64,000 nt of DNA, taken from the NCBI RefSeq assembly GCF_006345805.1, contig NC_043009.1, positions 64,604,001 through 64,668,000 of the forward strand, read 5' to 3'. Shown here piece by piece: positions 25,310 to 37,394 of this stretch (the stretch's first letter is position 1; each line of letters opens with the position of its first letter). The notes below the pieces were generated by a model. That model saw only the letters and a list, made by a program, of their open reading frames with translations. It ran no database searches and had not been told where the DNA came from. This DNA is from Octopus sinensis. Its lineage: Eukaryota. The translations under genes were made by a program, and so were the position numbers.

Positions 25310-25964
25310 TATATACTTGTATATACATATGCATATAAATATGTAAGTATGCAGTCATACATACACATATACATATACGTACACTCATACGTAAACATGA
25401 ACATACACACACTCACACGCACGCGCGTGAACAAAGAAATATATTGCGTGGGTAGTAAAATCACGTGCCGAAGCTACAAATTTTTTACTTTGCATCTGCA
25501 ACAAGAAAGTGCTTCAGTATGACCCTCTACCTTCGGTAAGGGTGGAGATCCTTCAGAACTTGCAACCCTATTTTGAAATTTCTTGATTACATATCACTTT
25601 CCATCACCTCTGCACTCCCCGCCTGCCTAGATGTCACAAGTATAGAATGTCACAAGCTTGTGACACAGATGTCACAAGTATAGAATCGATGCCCTCGACC
25701 ACACCCCTGACCTTTCCCTATTCCAAATACAAGCGATGAGCAGGTGTGCGCCTCGATATTTTAGTCTATTTTGAGGATTGTATTTTCGGTTCCCAAATGA
25801 GCGCTGGCATTCTCTTTTGCCCTGACCTACCAAACTCAGTCGAGTAAATTTCTAGCGCTATGTAGGAGAGGGCTTCTTCCAGTTGTTGTATAAGAAGAAC
25901 CTAAAAGCTCACTTTTTATTAAAAAAAGGCACAAATTTACAAGTTCACGCTCCACTCACTGTTC

Positions 25965-26167
25965 TATCTTTTACCGTTCACTTGTTTCAGTCATTAGACT
26001 GCGGCCATGCTGGGGCACCACATTGAAGAATTTTTTAGTCGAATGAATCAACCTCAGTACTCCAGTACCTTCTTTTAACCGCTAAGTTACGGGGACATAA
26101 ACACACCAACACCGGTTGTCAAGCATTGATGGAGGCACAAACACACTTATATATACATCTATATATG

Positions 26168-26215
<48 letters not shown>

Positions 26216-26402
26216 CATACATATATATATATATATAATATATATAATATATATATATATATAATATATATATATATATATAACGGGAAGCTTTATGAAA
26301 ACAGACAAAAGACGAAGGCAGGTTTACGGAAATAAACAAAAGACGAAGGCAGGTGGAATACAAACAAATAATTGTATTAGTATGGCGCTCAGGAAATTAT
26401 AT

Positions 26403-26436
<34 letters not shown>

Positions 26437-26580
26437 TAATATATATATATATATGTACATATATATATATATATATAAACATATACATATATACGTGCAC
26501 ACACACACACACATATATATATGCACGACAGGGTTCTTTCACTTTCACTCTACCAAATTCACTCACAAAGCTTTGGTAGA
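25965..26580 (-). mobile_element. SINE family B split by an expanded internal (TA)n that holds a nested fragment (about 26281-26398)
   Basis: 3' half at 25965-26140, middle part at 26525-26580; the nested piece is reverse-complement homologous to 32674-32758. Confidence 0.75.
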
Positions 26581-26839
26581 AAAGCAGAACACTTGGAACC
26601 GTAAAGTGCAGCGAGAGACCTGACCCGGTTCCTCACAACACAGTGGTGCCTCCTAGTTTTCTAACGTTAAGACAAAGGCCAATAAATCTTCCGCCGAACA
26701 AGAAACCTGTCTGTTGCAGTTACTTTACCTTTCTTAAAGGTCATATTATCTGTTGCTGCCAGTTATGTAAAAAGAAGTAATGTTGCTTAAATACACGTCC
26801 CTTTCACACTCATACACACATATGTATAGACTGACATTA

Positions 26840-27135
26840 AAGAGAGAGAGAGAGAGATGGTGTGTGTGTGAGAGAGAGAGAGATGGTGTGTGTGTGAGAG
26901 AGAGAGATGATGTGTGTGTGTGAGAGAGAGAGATGATGTGTGTGTGTGAGAGAGAGAGATAGTGTGTGAGAGAGGGAGAGAGATGATGTGTGTGTGTGAG
27001 AGAGAGATAGCATGGGAAGACAAAGAGGGAGGGAAAGGAGACAGAAGAAGAGAGGAGAGAGAGGGAGAAAGAGGGAAAGAGGAGAGAGAAGAGAAGGAAG
27101 AGAGAGGGAGAGAGAGGAGATAGAGGAAAGTAATA

Positions 27136-27166
<31 letters not shown>

Positions 27167-27580
27167 TGGTGTATGTGTGTGAGAGAGAGAGAGGAGAAAG
27201 AGGGAAAGAGAAGGAGAGAGAAGAGAGGAAGAGGGAGAGAGGAGATAGAGGAAAGTAATAAGAGAGAGAGAGAGAGGAGATAGAGGGAGAAGAGGGAAAG
27301 AGAAGGAAGAGGGAGAGAGGGAGAGAGAAGTAGAAAGCGGGAAAGAGGAGAGAGAGGGAGAAAGAGGGAAAGAGAAGGAGAGAGAAGAGAAGGAAGAGGG
27401 AGAGAGGAGATAGAGGGAGAAAGAGGGAAAGAGAAGGAAGAGAAAGGGAGAGAGAGAGAGGAGATAGAGGAAGAGAATAAGAGAGGGAGAAAATAGAGAG
27501 GGGGAGAGAAAAAGAATAGAGCGGAATGGAGAAGCAGAGAAAGGTAGAGAAAGATGTTGACGGAGAGAGGGAAAGAGACA
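26840..27580. repeat. (GA)n(GT)n composite units followed by a long degenerate polypurine tract
   Basis: Direct reading. Confidence 0.95.
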
Positions 27581-27984
27581 CAATGAGATGTTATAAGATG
27601 GAGGCGGTTAAAAGATGAAGCACCTTGAAGACGTTATTCGGATTGGAAAGATAGGAAATGCTCACCAACCCTTTTAATGAGTCAGAAAATATACACGCTC
27701 CGGTTGTTATGCTAGATATCACTTCACAGCCAGACTATGACAAATACCAATCCCCGTATATACATAGCATACATACATACACACACACACGTACATGCAT
27801 GCATACACACACATACATAAATACATACATACACACATATATATACATATATATATATACACATACATACATGCATACATACATACATACATACACACAC
27901 ATACATAAATACATACATACACACACATACATACATACATACATGCATACATATATACATACACACAAGTATGTATATATTTAT

Positions 27985-28255
27985 AGGTGCAGACATAAAG
28001 TATTCGCTTTACAACCATATGGTTCCGCGTTCAGTCCCACTGCTCGGCATCTGAGGCAAGTGTCGTCTACTATTGTCCCGGTTTGACCAATGCAATGTAA
28101 TTGTTGGTTTGTTTACGTCCACGTTAACTAGCGGTTTGGCAAAAGAAACCGTTAGAATAAGTCCATGACTTTCCAAAGTGTCCACTTGGTTCGACTAATC
28201 CCTCGTGGACGGTGCTGCAGCATGGCCGTATTCGAAATACTGAAACTAGTAAATG
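27985..28255 (+). mobile_element. Degenerate SINE family B copy
   Basis: GGTTCCGCGTTCAGTCCCACTG...GGCAAGTGTCGTCTACTAT...CAGCATGGCCG...ACTGAAAC. Confidence 0.7.
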
Positions 28256-28324
28256 CTAAGCGATAAAAAGTTCACACACACGCGAGCGCACACACACACA
28301 CACACACACACACAAGCACACAAA

Positions 28325-28625
28325 CTTACATACATACATGTATATACTCATATATAATATATATATATATATATACCTGCATGCATACATACATACATAC
28401 AACCATATATAATACATACATACATACATACATACATACATACATACATACATGCATGCATGCATGCATGCATACATACATACAAACATACACGCATGCA
28501 TACATACATACATGCATACAGAAATGCATGCAAGCATGCATACAGACATGCATGCATGCATGCATGCATACAGAAATGCATGCAAGCATGCATACATACA
28601 TACATACATACATACATACATACAT

Positions 28626-28656
<31 letters not shown>

Positions 28657-28676
28657 TACATACATACATACATACA

Positions 28677-28708
<32 letters not shown>

Positions 28709-28888
28709 CATACATACATAAATACATACATACATACATACATACATACATAACATACATACATACATACATACATACATACATACATACATACATACAT
28801 ACATACATACATACCATACATACATACATACAATACATACATACATACATACATAATACATACATACATACATACATACATACATACA

Positions 28889-28919
<31 letters not shown>

Positions 28920-28973
28920 CATACATACATACATACAACATACATACATACATACATACATACATACATACAT
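28325..28973. repeat. (TACA)n/(TGCA)n microsatellite
   Basis: Direct reading. Confidence 0.97.
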
Positions 28974-28997
28974 GAACCAGTTTCTGAGTTACTGTTC

Positions 28998-29567
28998 TTT
29001 ATCAACAGAGAGTAGCTGCTCGGCCAGACGGCGCTTCCGAATTCCCGTTCGAAAATATATAATTTTCAAAGTGACACACATCACTGATCTAATAAATAGA
29101 AACATTATTATTTCTAAATCTCTCAAAGGGAGATATTCAGTAACAGTACTTTAAAGTAAACCCAGAAACCGATCCACAGATGTTGCTTTGTGCTGAATGG
29201 GGATGCTGGGCTCCCCTGTTCGAATATATAAGGACACAGACATTGTGTTGTATAGCCAGCTGGAAATGACATTTCATGAGGCTAAACAACAGTAACATTC
29301 GTTCCATCCAGGATTGCCTCATTATGTTGGCTGATAGTCTTTACTTTAAAGTACCGCCACTGAATATCTCTCTTTGAGAGATTTAGAAATAATAACGTTT
29401 CTATTTGTTAGATCAGTGACTGTGTGTTACTTTGAAAATTATATATTTTCGAACGGGAATTCAGCAGCGCCGTCTGGCCGAGCAGCTATTCTCTGTTGAT
29501 AAACAGCCAGCTGGAAACAACATTTCCTGGGGCTAAACAACAGTAATATTCGTCCCATCCCGGACTG
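28998..29567. repeat. About 163-bp inverted repeat (28998-29160 / 29340-29503) plus an about 63-bp direct repeat (29254-29316 / 29505-29567)
   Basis: Arms read as reverse complements with scattered mismatches; AGCCAGCTGGAAA...GGCTAAACAACAGTAA occurs twice. Confidence 0.9.
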
Positions 29568-29605
<38 letters not shown>

Positions 29606-29616
29606 GTATATATCTG

Positions 29617-29928
29617 TAGAGGCGCAATGGCCCAGTGGTTAGGGCAGCGGACTCGCGGTCATAGGATCACGGTTTCGATTCCTAGACTAGGCATTGTGAG
29701 TGTTTATTGAGCGAAAACACCTAAAGCTCCACGAGGCTCCGGCAGGGGGGGGGGCAATCCCTGCTGTACTCTTTCACCACAACTTTCTCTCACTCTTTCT
29801 TCTATTGGCCTGCTCGCTTAGCCAGCGGGATGGCGTCATTTGAAGGCTAAAACAATGCGAAACGCATTGTGACCAGCGATGTGTAGCAACATCTGATATC
29901 CTGGTCGGTCACGGTGATCACGGTGATA
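29617..29928 (+). mobile_element. tRNA-derived SINE family C, tail type 2 (RTE-like tail)
   Basis: Head as at 10510; tail CTGGTCGGTCACGGTGATCACGGTGAT; TSD TATATATCTG at 29607-29616 and 29929-29938. Confidence 0.9.
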
Positions 29929-30299
29929 TATATATCTGGGGGTCACTGAATTTTAGGTAAGCACTCACAGATTTCATTTTTAACTTAAAGGGGGCGATCC
30001 TTGCCTTCCCTCCCGATATCTGTTAAATAAAAAAAAAACTTGCTTAACCTTGTAAAATGGAATCTGCAGCATTATATACTACGTATTTCCTGTAACCATA
30101 TCTCATGAAATAATGAATCACATTTAGCCTTACGATGCAGTATCTCTGCCGTTTACTCATTCCTACTGGATGTGTTAGGTGTGTTGCGCTGATGCCTCTG
30201 GCTCTATTATTTATAGATTGCACTCGTAAAAGTGTCAGAGAGTTATGTTCATCAATTAAACATAGACATCAAAGATGACGCCGCCTAAGCTAGCTTATA

Positions 30300-30341
<42 letters not shown>

Positions 30342-30342
30342 C

Positions 30343-30393
<51 letters not shown>

Positions 30394-30536
30394 ATATATT
30401 ATATATATACATATATATATATATATAAAAAATCTTGCACAACAAATATTTAAACGTACATATATATATATATATATATACAGACAGCACACGCATGCGC
30501 AAACACACACATATGCATACATGCACATATATATGC

Positions 30537-30586
<50 letters not shown>

Positions 30587-30645
30587 GTCTGTCTGTCTAT
30601 TTATCAATCTAACTATCTTTATGGTACACTTTCAGAGAGAAAGAA

Positions 30646-30676
<31 letters not shown>

Positions 30677-32185
30677 GAGTAAAATTAGGAGACATGAATA
30701 TCTAGGTCAACATTTCCCAACCTCTTTCACCCTGGGGAATCCTTGAAATAAATTCCATATCTCGGGAAACCCCTGACTTAATATAAAATTCCTTGTGTAC
30801 CATTATTCATCTTCTTTCTCTTCTGTAAAACAAAATTTTACAAAACCAACATAACATAGCTTTTTTTTTCCATACATATATATATAATTGGTTTAAGCAA
30901 AAGGTAACTTTGTACAATAAACTTTTCTCAAGTTTAATAATAATGCCAAAAATAACAGAAACTAAAGTTCTTGTTTAAGAGATCTCATAAAAGGTTTTTT
31001 TTTCACACAAGAAAAATATGAAACATATTTAAAAGAAAAACAAAAAGTAAGAACAAAATACAAAAGACAAAAGCCAAATTATAGACAAGACGAAAACTAC
31101 AACAAAATATATGGATCATAGCAGTGTTATTTTTTGAAGCCAATTTAGATAATGAACTTTATTCGTCTAATGAGAAACCTTGTCTTTTAGTACACAAATA
31201 CTTAATTTGGGGTCATCATACTTTAGATAAACACTAGCAGATTTCGTCTTTAACGTAAAGGAGACGTTTCTTCTCTTCTCTCTTTATACTTGTTAAGAAA
31301 AAAAGCTTGCTTGAACTTGTAAGAGGAAAACTGCGACTGTATATTGTACACAAACACACACACACAAGCATACATACACAAGGACACATATGGAGACACA
31401 CATCCATACATAACAGACGCACGTACAGAGTCACAAAAACCCATACACAAACACACACACATACATACAAACGTACAAGCATGCACACACAAAGATATGA
31501 CTATGCAGAATACATACATACACACACATACGCATACATACATACATACATACAGACAGACAGACAGATAGACAGACAGACAGACATAAATACACATACA
31601 TACACACATACACGCATACATACATAAATACATATGTGCATACACAAACACACACGCATGCGCACAAACAGACAAAAAGGAACGCAGCTCCAATAACGTA
31701 CAGTCAACGTTCATTGATAAGGTTGCAAAAGAAACGAAAATTTTGGAAGAAAATATATACATAACAGATGAGTGGAAATCAAACCGGTGTGTGTTAAATC
31801 ATAAGGCATTAAGACAATATGACCCTCCCAAGACACAACATAGTATATTTATTGCTTTCCTAAAAATGGTAGGACGCGCCTCTTTCACATGAATCCAGGA
31901 CTTGTTTAGTAGATATCTACTTGAGTGTGCCATCAGATTGCAGCTCATAGAGTTCTCTTAAAGTTTTCATGATGAATAGAAGAGTCAGAGCAAGAACCCT
32001 TCATTCAGTCTTACAGTTATGTTGGGAAAATGGAAAACGATGTTCTTCCTGTTTTTGTTTTTTTTTTCAATAAAACTCTATCTTTGTTGATATCCTTGTT
32101 TTTAACTCTTAAGTTCCAGCAATGGTTGAAACGGTTAAAGGTTTGTTCCTTTTCCATCGTAATTTTCCAAAAGATTAATCTACCT

Positions 32186-32534
32186 TTAAAGGTCAATGCT
32201 TGGAATCTCGTCGAGAGAGTATATCAGTAGCGAGATCATTAGAGAGAAGTCCGGCGTGTGGGATGTCATCGTAGAATATACAAGCAGCAAATTTAGATGG
32301 GCTGGACACGTCGTCCGATAATCGGTGGACCCGCGCAGTTGTCGAGTGGTACCCGCGCGAGCGGAAATGACCATTCGGAAGGCCTCCACGACGGTGGAGT
32401 TACGATTTTAGGAGGGCGATTGGGATCACGTGGATGAGGAAGGCGCGATCCAGAGAGGAGTGGACAGCGTGCTGTGACCAGCGGTATCAAATGGACGCCC
32501 GACGGACTGGTCGGTCAAGGTGATAAAGGTGATA
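32186..32534 (+). mobile_element. 5'-truncated RTE-clade LINE (C-terminus and 3' tail)
   Basis: Translation across a frameshift: RSMLGIS...KFRWAGHVV..DNRWTRAVVEWYPRERK*PFGRPPRRW; tail AAGGTGATAAAGGTGAT. Confidence 0.85.
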
Positions 32535-32627
32535 TATATATATATATATATATATGTATATCAGTCGCCATGATAGATCGGTAGCCACTACACACATTTT
32601 TTTCTCTGCTTATTTTTTTCTGTGTCC

Positions 32628-32663
32628 CTTTCTGTAGAAGAGCGTAGGCTCGAAACGTAAAAG
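32628..32663 (+). ncRNA. Minimal hammerhead-like motif (A6>U variant) in an element of about 200 bp between (TA)n tracts
   Basis: CTTT-CTGTAGA-A-GAGC-GTAG-GCTC-GAAAC-GTA-AAAG. Confidence 0.55.
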
Positions 32664-32752
32664 ACTTTTTCTATTCCTGAGCGTTATACTAATACATCTG
32701 TTTGTTTTGTACACCATCTGTCTTCGTCTTTTGTTTTTTTTTCGTAAACTCT

Positions 32753-32796
<44 letters not shown>

Positions 32797-33551
32797 TATA
32801 TATATATGTAACTCTGCCATTAAGTTCCACAAAATATTTCATCATCACCGCAATACATATTTCTATGAAATTATCTGTCGCCATCCTCTCCTTCATAACT
32901 ACCAAACAAGAATTATCGCTTGTTTGAATTTTGAAACGCCCTTTTGCGAGTATCAATTTGTCAGAGAAGCTTCGTTTATAACAATATTAACATATGGAAT
33001 AATATTTAACCACAAAAACTTAAAAAAACATTTTTTTTGCCGTCAAATTTCAAAACATCATTAAAAATCCACCTTCTGCAGAACCAAATCCATTCATAAA
33101 CTTTATTTTATAGATCTACAGAATTTATAACATTTGTAATATTTTATAGTTCCAGACTTAAAGAGATGTACTTTTTATATACGTTTTTGACCGCCTTGCT
33201 TGCATGCAAAGGATGTTTCTTTCTTTTTTAAATAATTATTAATCTATTTATTTTTTTATTTTTTGACCTCTCCTTTCCAACTTGCCCAAATCAGGAAAGC
33301 TGCCAAAGGGCTTAAACCGATTTTTTATGCAATTTCTGAAAAAGATTTTTTGTTATCTTTCTTATTGTAATCGATAAAAAATATTCGATGTAAATTGGAT
33401 TAATAAATTTATTTATTTATATTTATTTATTCAACGCCCACATTTCTTTATGAATCAAGAAGTTTATATATTCTTCATTCAAGGTTCACATAAGTTTTAA
33501 AACAGATTTCTTTAATAAAATTGACCATTTTCATAGCAACATTACATTGTG

Positions 33552-34003
33552 TTGGGAGGGTCATTACAGCCAATAATAACACACGCACTGGTTCAGTATC
33601 ACTTCTTTATTATTAGTAAAGTGGTTAAATATCTTATCAATCAATCGGTTTGCTTAATGTACTGGTTAGAAAATCAAGCGTTTGTTTGTGAGTCAAAGCC
33701 ATTTCATCGCTAATCGAGACCTTTTCAAGGACTTGCCTTCTCTCTTCAAGGTCTGCTCTGAGTCTGTCCGAGAATGGGTCCCATAGCTGTGCGTATGTAT
33801 GCCTGTATGTGTAGCAAGTCATTGAATAGGTTGCGATTAGCGACGAAAGGACTTTGAATAACAACTGATTGATTATTTAACCAGCACACTAAACAATCGA
33901 TCGATTTGTTAGCTGGTTAGATATTTAACCGATTGACTAACAATGAAGAAGTAATTTTGAACCAGTGCATGTGTTATCATTGTTGGTGTAATGACCTTCC
34001 CAA
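33552..34003. mobile_element. MITE/foldback-like element with long imperfect terminal inverted repeats (about 140 bp)
   Basis: TTGGGAGGGTCATTAC...GCACTGGTTCA...GGTTAAATATCT is mirrored by AGATATTTAACC...TGAACCAGTGC...GTAATGACCTTCCCAA. Confidence 0.8.
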
Positions 34004-34115
34004 GAAAACAAAATTTGTTTTAACACATGTATTCATATCAAGAATCTTGCAAAGAAAATACAAAAACGAATTAAAAACGTCTTTAAATTCAACTCCCAAA
34101 AATGTTGAAATCAGT

Positions 34116-34206
34116 AACCCTCTAAAAAACAAAAAACCCTCTAAAAAACAAAAAACCCTCTAAAAAACAAAAAACCCTCTAAAAAACAAAAAACCCTCTA
34201 AAAAAC

Positions 34207-34237
<31 letters not shown>

Positions 34238-34595
34238 CTCTAAAAAAAAAAAAAACCCTCTAAAAAACAAAAAACCCTCTAAAAAACAAAAAACCCTCTA
34301 AAAAACAAAAAACCCTCTAAAAAACAAAAAACCCTCTAAAAAACAAAAAACCCTCTAAAAAACAAAAAACCCTCAAAAAAACAAAAAACCCTCTAAAAAA
34401 CAAAAAACCCTCTAAAAAACAAAAAACCCTCAAAAAAACAAAAAACCCTCTAAAAAACAAAAAACCCTCTAAAAAACAAAAAACCCTCAAAAAAACAAAA
34501 AACCCTCTAAAAAACAAAAAACCCTCTAAAAAACAAAAAACCCTCAAAAAAACAAAAAACCCTCTAAAAAACAAAAAACCCTCAAAAAAACAAAA
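34116..34595. repeat. 19-bp minisatellite CCCTCTAAAAAACAAAAAA (about 25 units) with 57-bp higher-order structure
   Basis: Variant unit CCCTCA at 34370, 34427, 34484 and 34541. Confidence 0.95.
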
Positions 34596-34723
34596 GCATG
34601 TTAAGACAATACTTGCTTTTACTTATTTTAAAAGAGAAAGAAAAAAGAAAATCTCTTATGAAGTTAATCATAGATGAGGCAGAATCAGGACAAACACAGT
34701 TCTTCCAGGAGAAGCGATCTGAT

Positions 34724-34772
<49 letters not shown>

Positions 34773-34784
34773 CCATCACCATCA

Positions 34785-35446
34785 CCATGGGTATGTGCTG
34801 TGATTTGTTGTGATGCTCTGATGGTTATTGTATGGAAGGTGTTCTGCGTAGGATGTGTGCAGTGCCTAGTAGTGCAATTTTCTGTATGTTATATGTGTTT
34901 GTAAATCCTGGTGTTTTTGTTATGTATTTGTCTGAATATTTTTTTATCATGCCTAATGCACCTACTATGATAGGAATTGTTTCTGTTTTTAGGTTCCACA
35001 TTCTGGTTACCTCTATTTCCAGGTCTTTGTATTTTGAAAGTTTCTCCATTTCTTTTAGAGACACGTTGTCATCTGCCGGTATTGATACATCAATTAGAAA
35101 GCATTTTTTTCTTCATGATCTCTGACAACTATATCTGGCCTGTTGGCCTTAATTTCTCTATCTGTGTGTATCGGCATATCCCAGAGTATGGTTGCTTTCT
35201 CGTTTTCTGTGACCTTTTCTGGTGTGTGCCTATACCATCTTTTTTCTGTTGTTATTCCATAATGTTAGCATAGCTTCCAATGTATGTAGGTTCCAACTCT
35301 GTCATGTCTGTGAATATATTCCTTCTTAGCCAGGACTGGGCAGCTAGAGATAATATGATTTATTGTTTCTTGTCCATCTCCACATATTCTGCAGTTACTT
35401 GTTATATTTCTTTTCATTGCATGTTTTTGGTAATTTCTGGTGGTAA

Positions 35447-35450
<4 letters not shown>
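34785..35450 (-). mobile_element. 5'-truncated RLE non-LTR retrotransposon (R4/Dong-like), inactive
   Basis: CRICGDGQETINHIISSC (CCHC), HRHDRV, NRPDIVV..LIDVSIP..EKLSKYKDL (PD-(D/E)xK endonuclease); one in-frame stop; 5' junction in (TAA)n. Confidence 0.9.
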
Positions 35451-35478
<28 letters not shown>

Positions 35479-35545
35479 ATTATTATTATTATTATTATAT
35501 TATTATTATTATTATTGCTTTACTATTATTATTATTATTATTAAA

Positions 35546-35648
35546 GGCGTTGGGCAGCACTTCGGACAGAATACTTAGCAGCATTTTTCCGGTTCTTTAC
35601 GTTCTTAGTTCAAATTCTGCAGATGTCGACTTTGCCTTTCATTCTTTC
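35546..35648 (+). mobile_element. SINE family A, 5' part
   Basis: GTTCAAATTCTGCAGATGTCGACTTTGCCTTTCATTCTTTC. Confidence 0.75.
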
Positions 35649-35650
35649 AC

Positions 35651-35828
35651 TTCTCTACCGAGCACAGTTCTGTGTGCCTTGGGTATGTGCTGTGGTTTGT
35701 TGTGGTGCGCTGATGGTTACTGTATTGAAAATGTTTTGCGTTGGATGTGTGCAGTGCCCAGTAGTGCATTTTTCTGCATGTTATATATATTTGTAAATCC
35801 TGGTAGTTTTGTTATGTATTTGTCTGAA

Positions 35829-35833
<5 letters not shown>
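35651..35833 (-). mobile_element. Second, shorter R4/Dong-like fragment
   Basis: KYSDKYITKLPGFTNIYNMQKNALLGTAHIQRK, paralogous to 34825-34945; abuts (TAA)n. Confidence 0.88.
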
Positions 35834-35905
<72 letters not shown>

Positions 35906-35919
35906 TGGAGAAGAAAAGG

Positions 35920-36265
35920 TTACTTGAATTTCACCCTGATTGACAAATCTTATAAAAGCTACAACGTGACATTCATTCTTAAGATCTGTTGACTCATAAA
36001 CCTGTAAAGAATAAAACATACCACCAGTTTTCAGTCTATGACAAAAAAAATAATAAATATTAAAATAACACCCCTTCCCCCCACCCCCCCAAAAAACCTC
36101 TTCAGTATTCATGTGACTTGAAATCAGTACGTTGACTTATTGTATTGTTTGAAAGTGGAACATTTTCAGATTCTCGAGTTGCATCTTGTCTCAGTATTGC
36201 ATCAGAAAATGATTAGGTTCTCACTCATCTAGGCACTACCTATAAATGCTGAGCACGGTTCATGT
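35920..36265 (-). pseudogene. hAT (Buster/Charlie-like) transposase remnant
   Basis: VPLSNNTISQR and YSLQVYESTDLKNECHVVAFIRFV resemble the PLSNNTISRR and SLQLDESTD motifs; frame disrupted. Confidence 0.75.
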
Positions 36266-36596
36266 CAGTGTTTCTCAACCAGTTTTTATCTACGGAGCCC
36301 TTTGATTCCTATTTCACTGGGTGTTCTCTCACAGCCATTCCTAGTTTTAAAAGATTCTACATACTCTCTTTTCAAGGCGATACACAAGCATTCAACTATG
36401 AGTGCACTGCAGCTTATGACAGACGGAAACAACGGTAAGCTGACGAAGTCCATGACATAATTTCTTTTCTTTTGTCATTTTCGTTCTCTATTATTGCCCT
36501 GTAATCAACTGACGCTTTGTTCTGAAGCATAAGTATATTCGGTTCTAAAACCAAAATTATTAGCGTCGCTATGCCTAAGGGGTATAATAATAATAA

Positions 36597-36625
36597 TGAT
36601 AATAATAATAATAATAATAATAATA

Positions 36626-36714
<89 letters not shown>

Positions 36715-36740
36715 TAATAATAATAATAATAACAACAACA
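36597..36740. repeat. (TAA)n microsatellite
   Basis: Direct reading. Confidence 0.97.
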
Positions 36741-36750
36741 CATAATGATC

Positions 36751-37160
36751 ATCTTTAAAAATTTTAATATCTACAACGTCTGTGAATTCCTATCCTTTCC
36801 TTTCTCCCTGGGTATTCGAAAATGTTAACATCCTTTTTATTCTAAGAACGCTACAGTTTTCTCTGTTCGGACATACAAAAGATAATCTTTAGTGAATTTT
36901 AAAACTTTAATATCTACAATTTTCGGTGAAAATTTTACCCTCCTTTTCTTACCTTTCCTTTCTCACTGGGTATTCGAAAATGTAAGCATCCTTTTTATTG
37001 CAAAAACACTACAGTCTTTTCTGATCGGACATACAAACGAACATCTTTAAAAAATTAAAAAGAAACTTTAGTATCTACAATTTTGTGTGAAAGTTTCATC
37101 TTTCATTTCTCCCTGACTACCCGAATATGTAAACATGCCTTTTATTGAAACAACGCAATT
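36751..37160. repeat. Degenerate tandem repeat of about 145-160 bp, about 2.6 copies
   Basis: TATCTACAA recurs near 36768, 36911 and 37072; CTGGGTATTCGAAAATGT and CGGACATACAAA each recur. Confidence 0.85.
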
Positions 37161-37394
37161 TTTACTATTAATAAAAGTAAAAATAATAAACGAGGTAAGT
37201 ACCTGCCAATATATATAAACTGCATAAATACAAAAACTGTAAACCATAGTAAATCTTATAAAAAGAAAAGAAAAAGTTTTTAAAAATCAGAAATTCAAAA
37301 ATTCAACGATTTACTCTTTTATTCTTTTACTTGTTTCAGTCATTTGACTGCGGCATTGCTGGAGCACTGCCTTTAGTCGAACAAATCGATCCCG

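Noticed and set aside
26787-27583. 264-aa and 248-aa Leu/Ser ORFs
   Set aside because: Translation of the polypyrimidine strand
34116-34595. CRISPR array, telomeric array or repeat protein
   Set aside because: No unique spacers, unit is not TTAGGG, and the ORF is the 57-bp repeat read in frame
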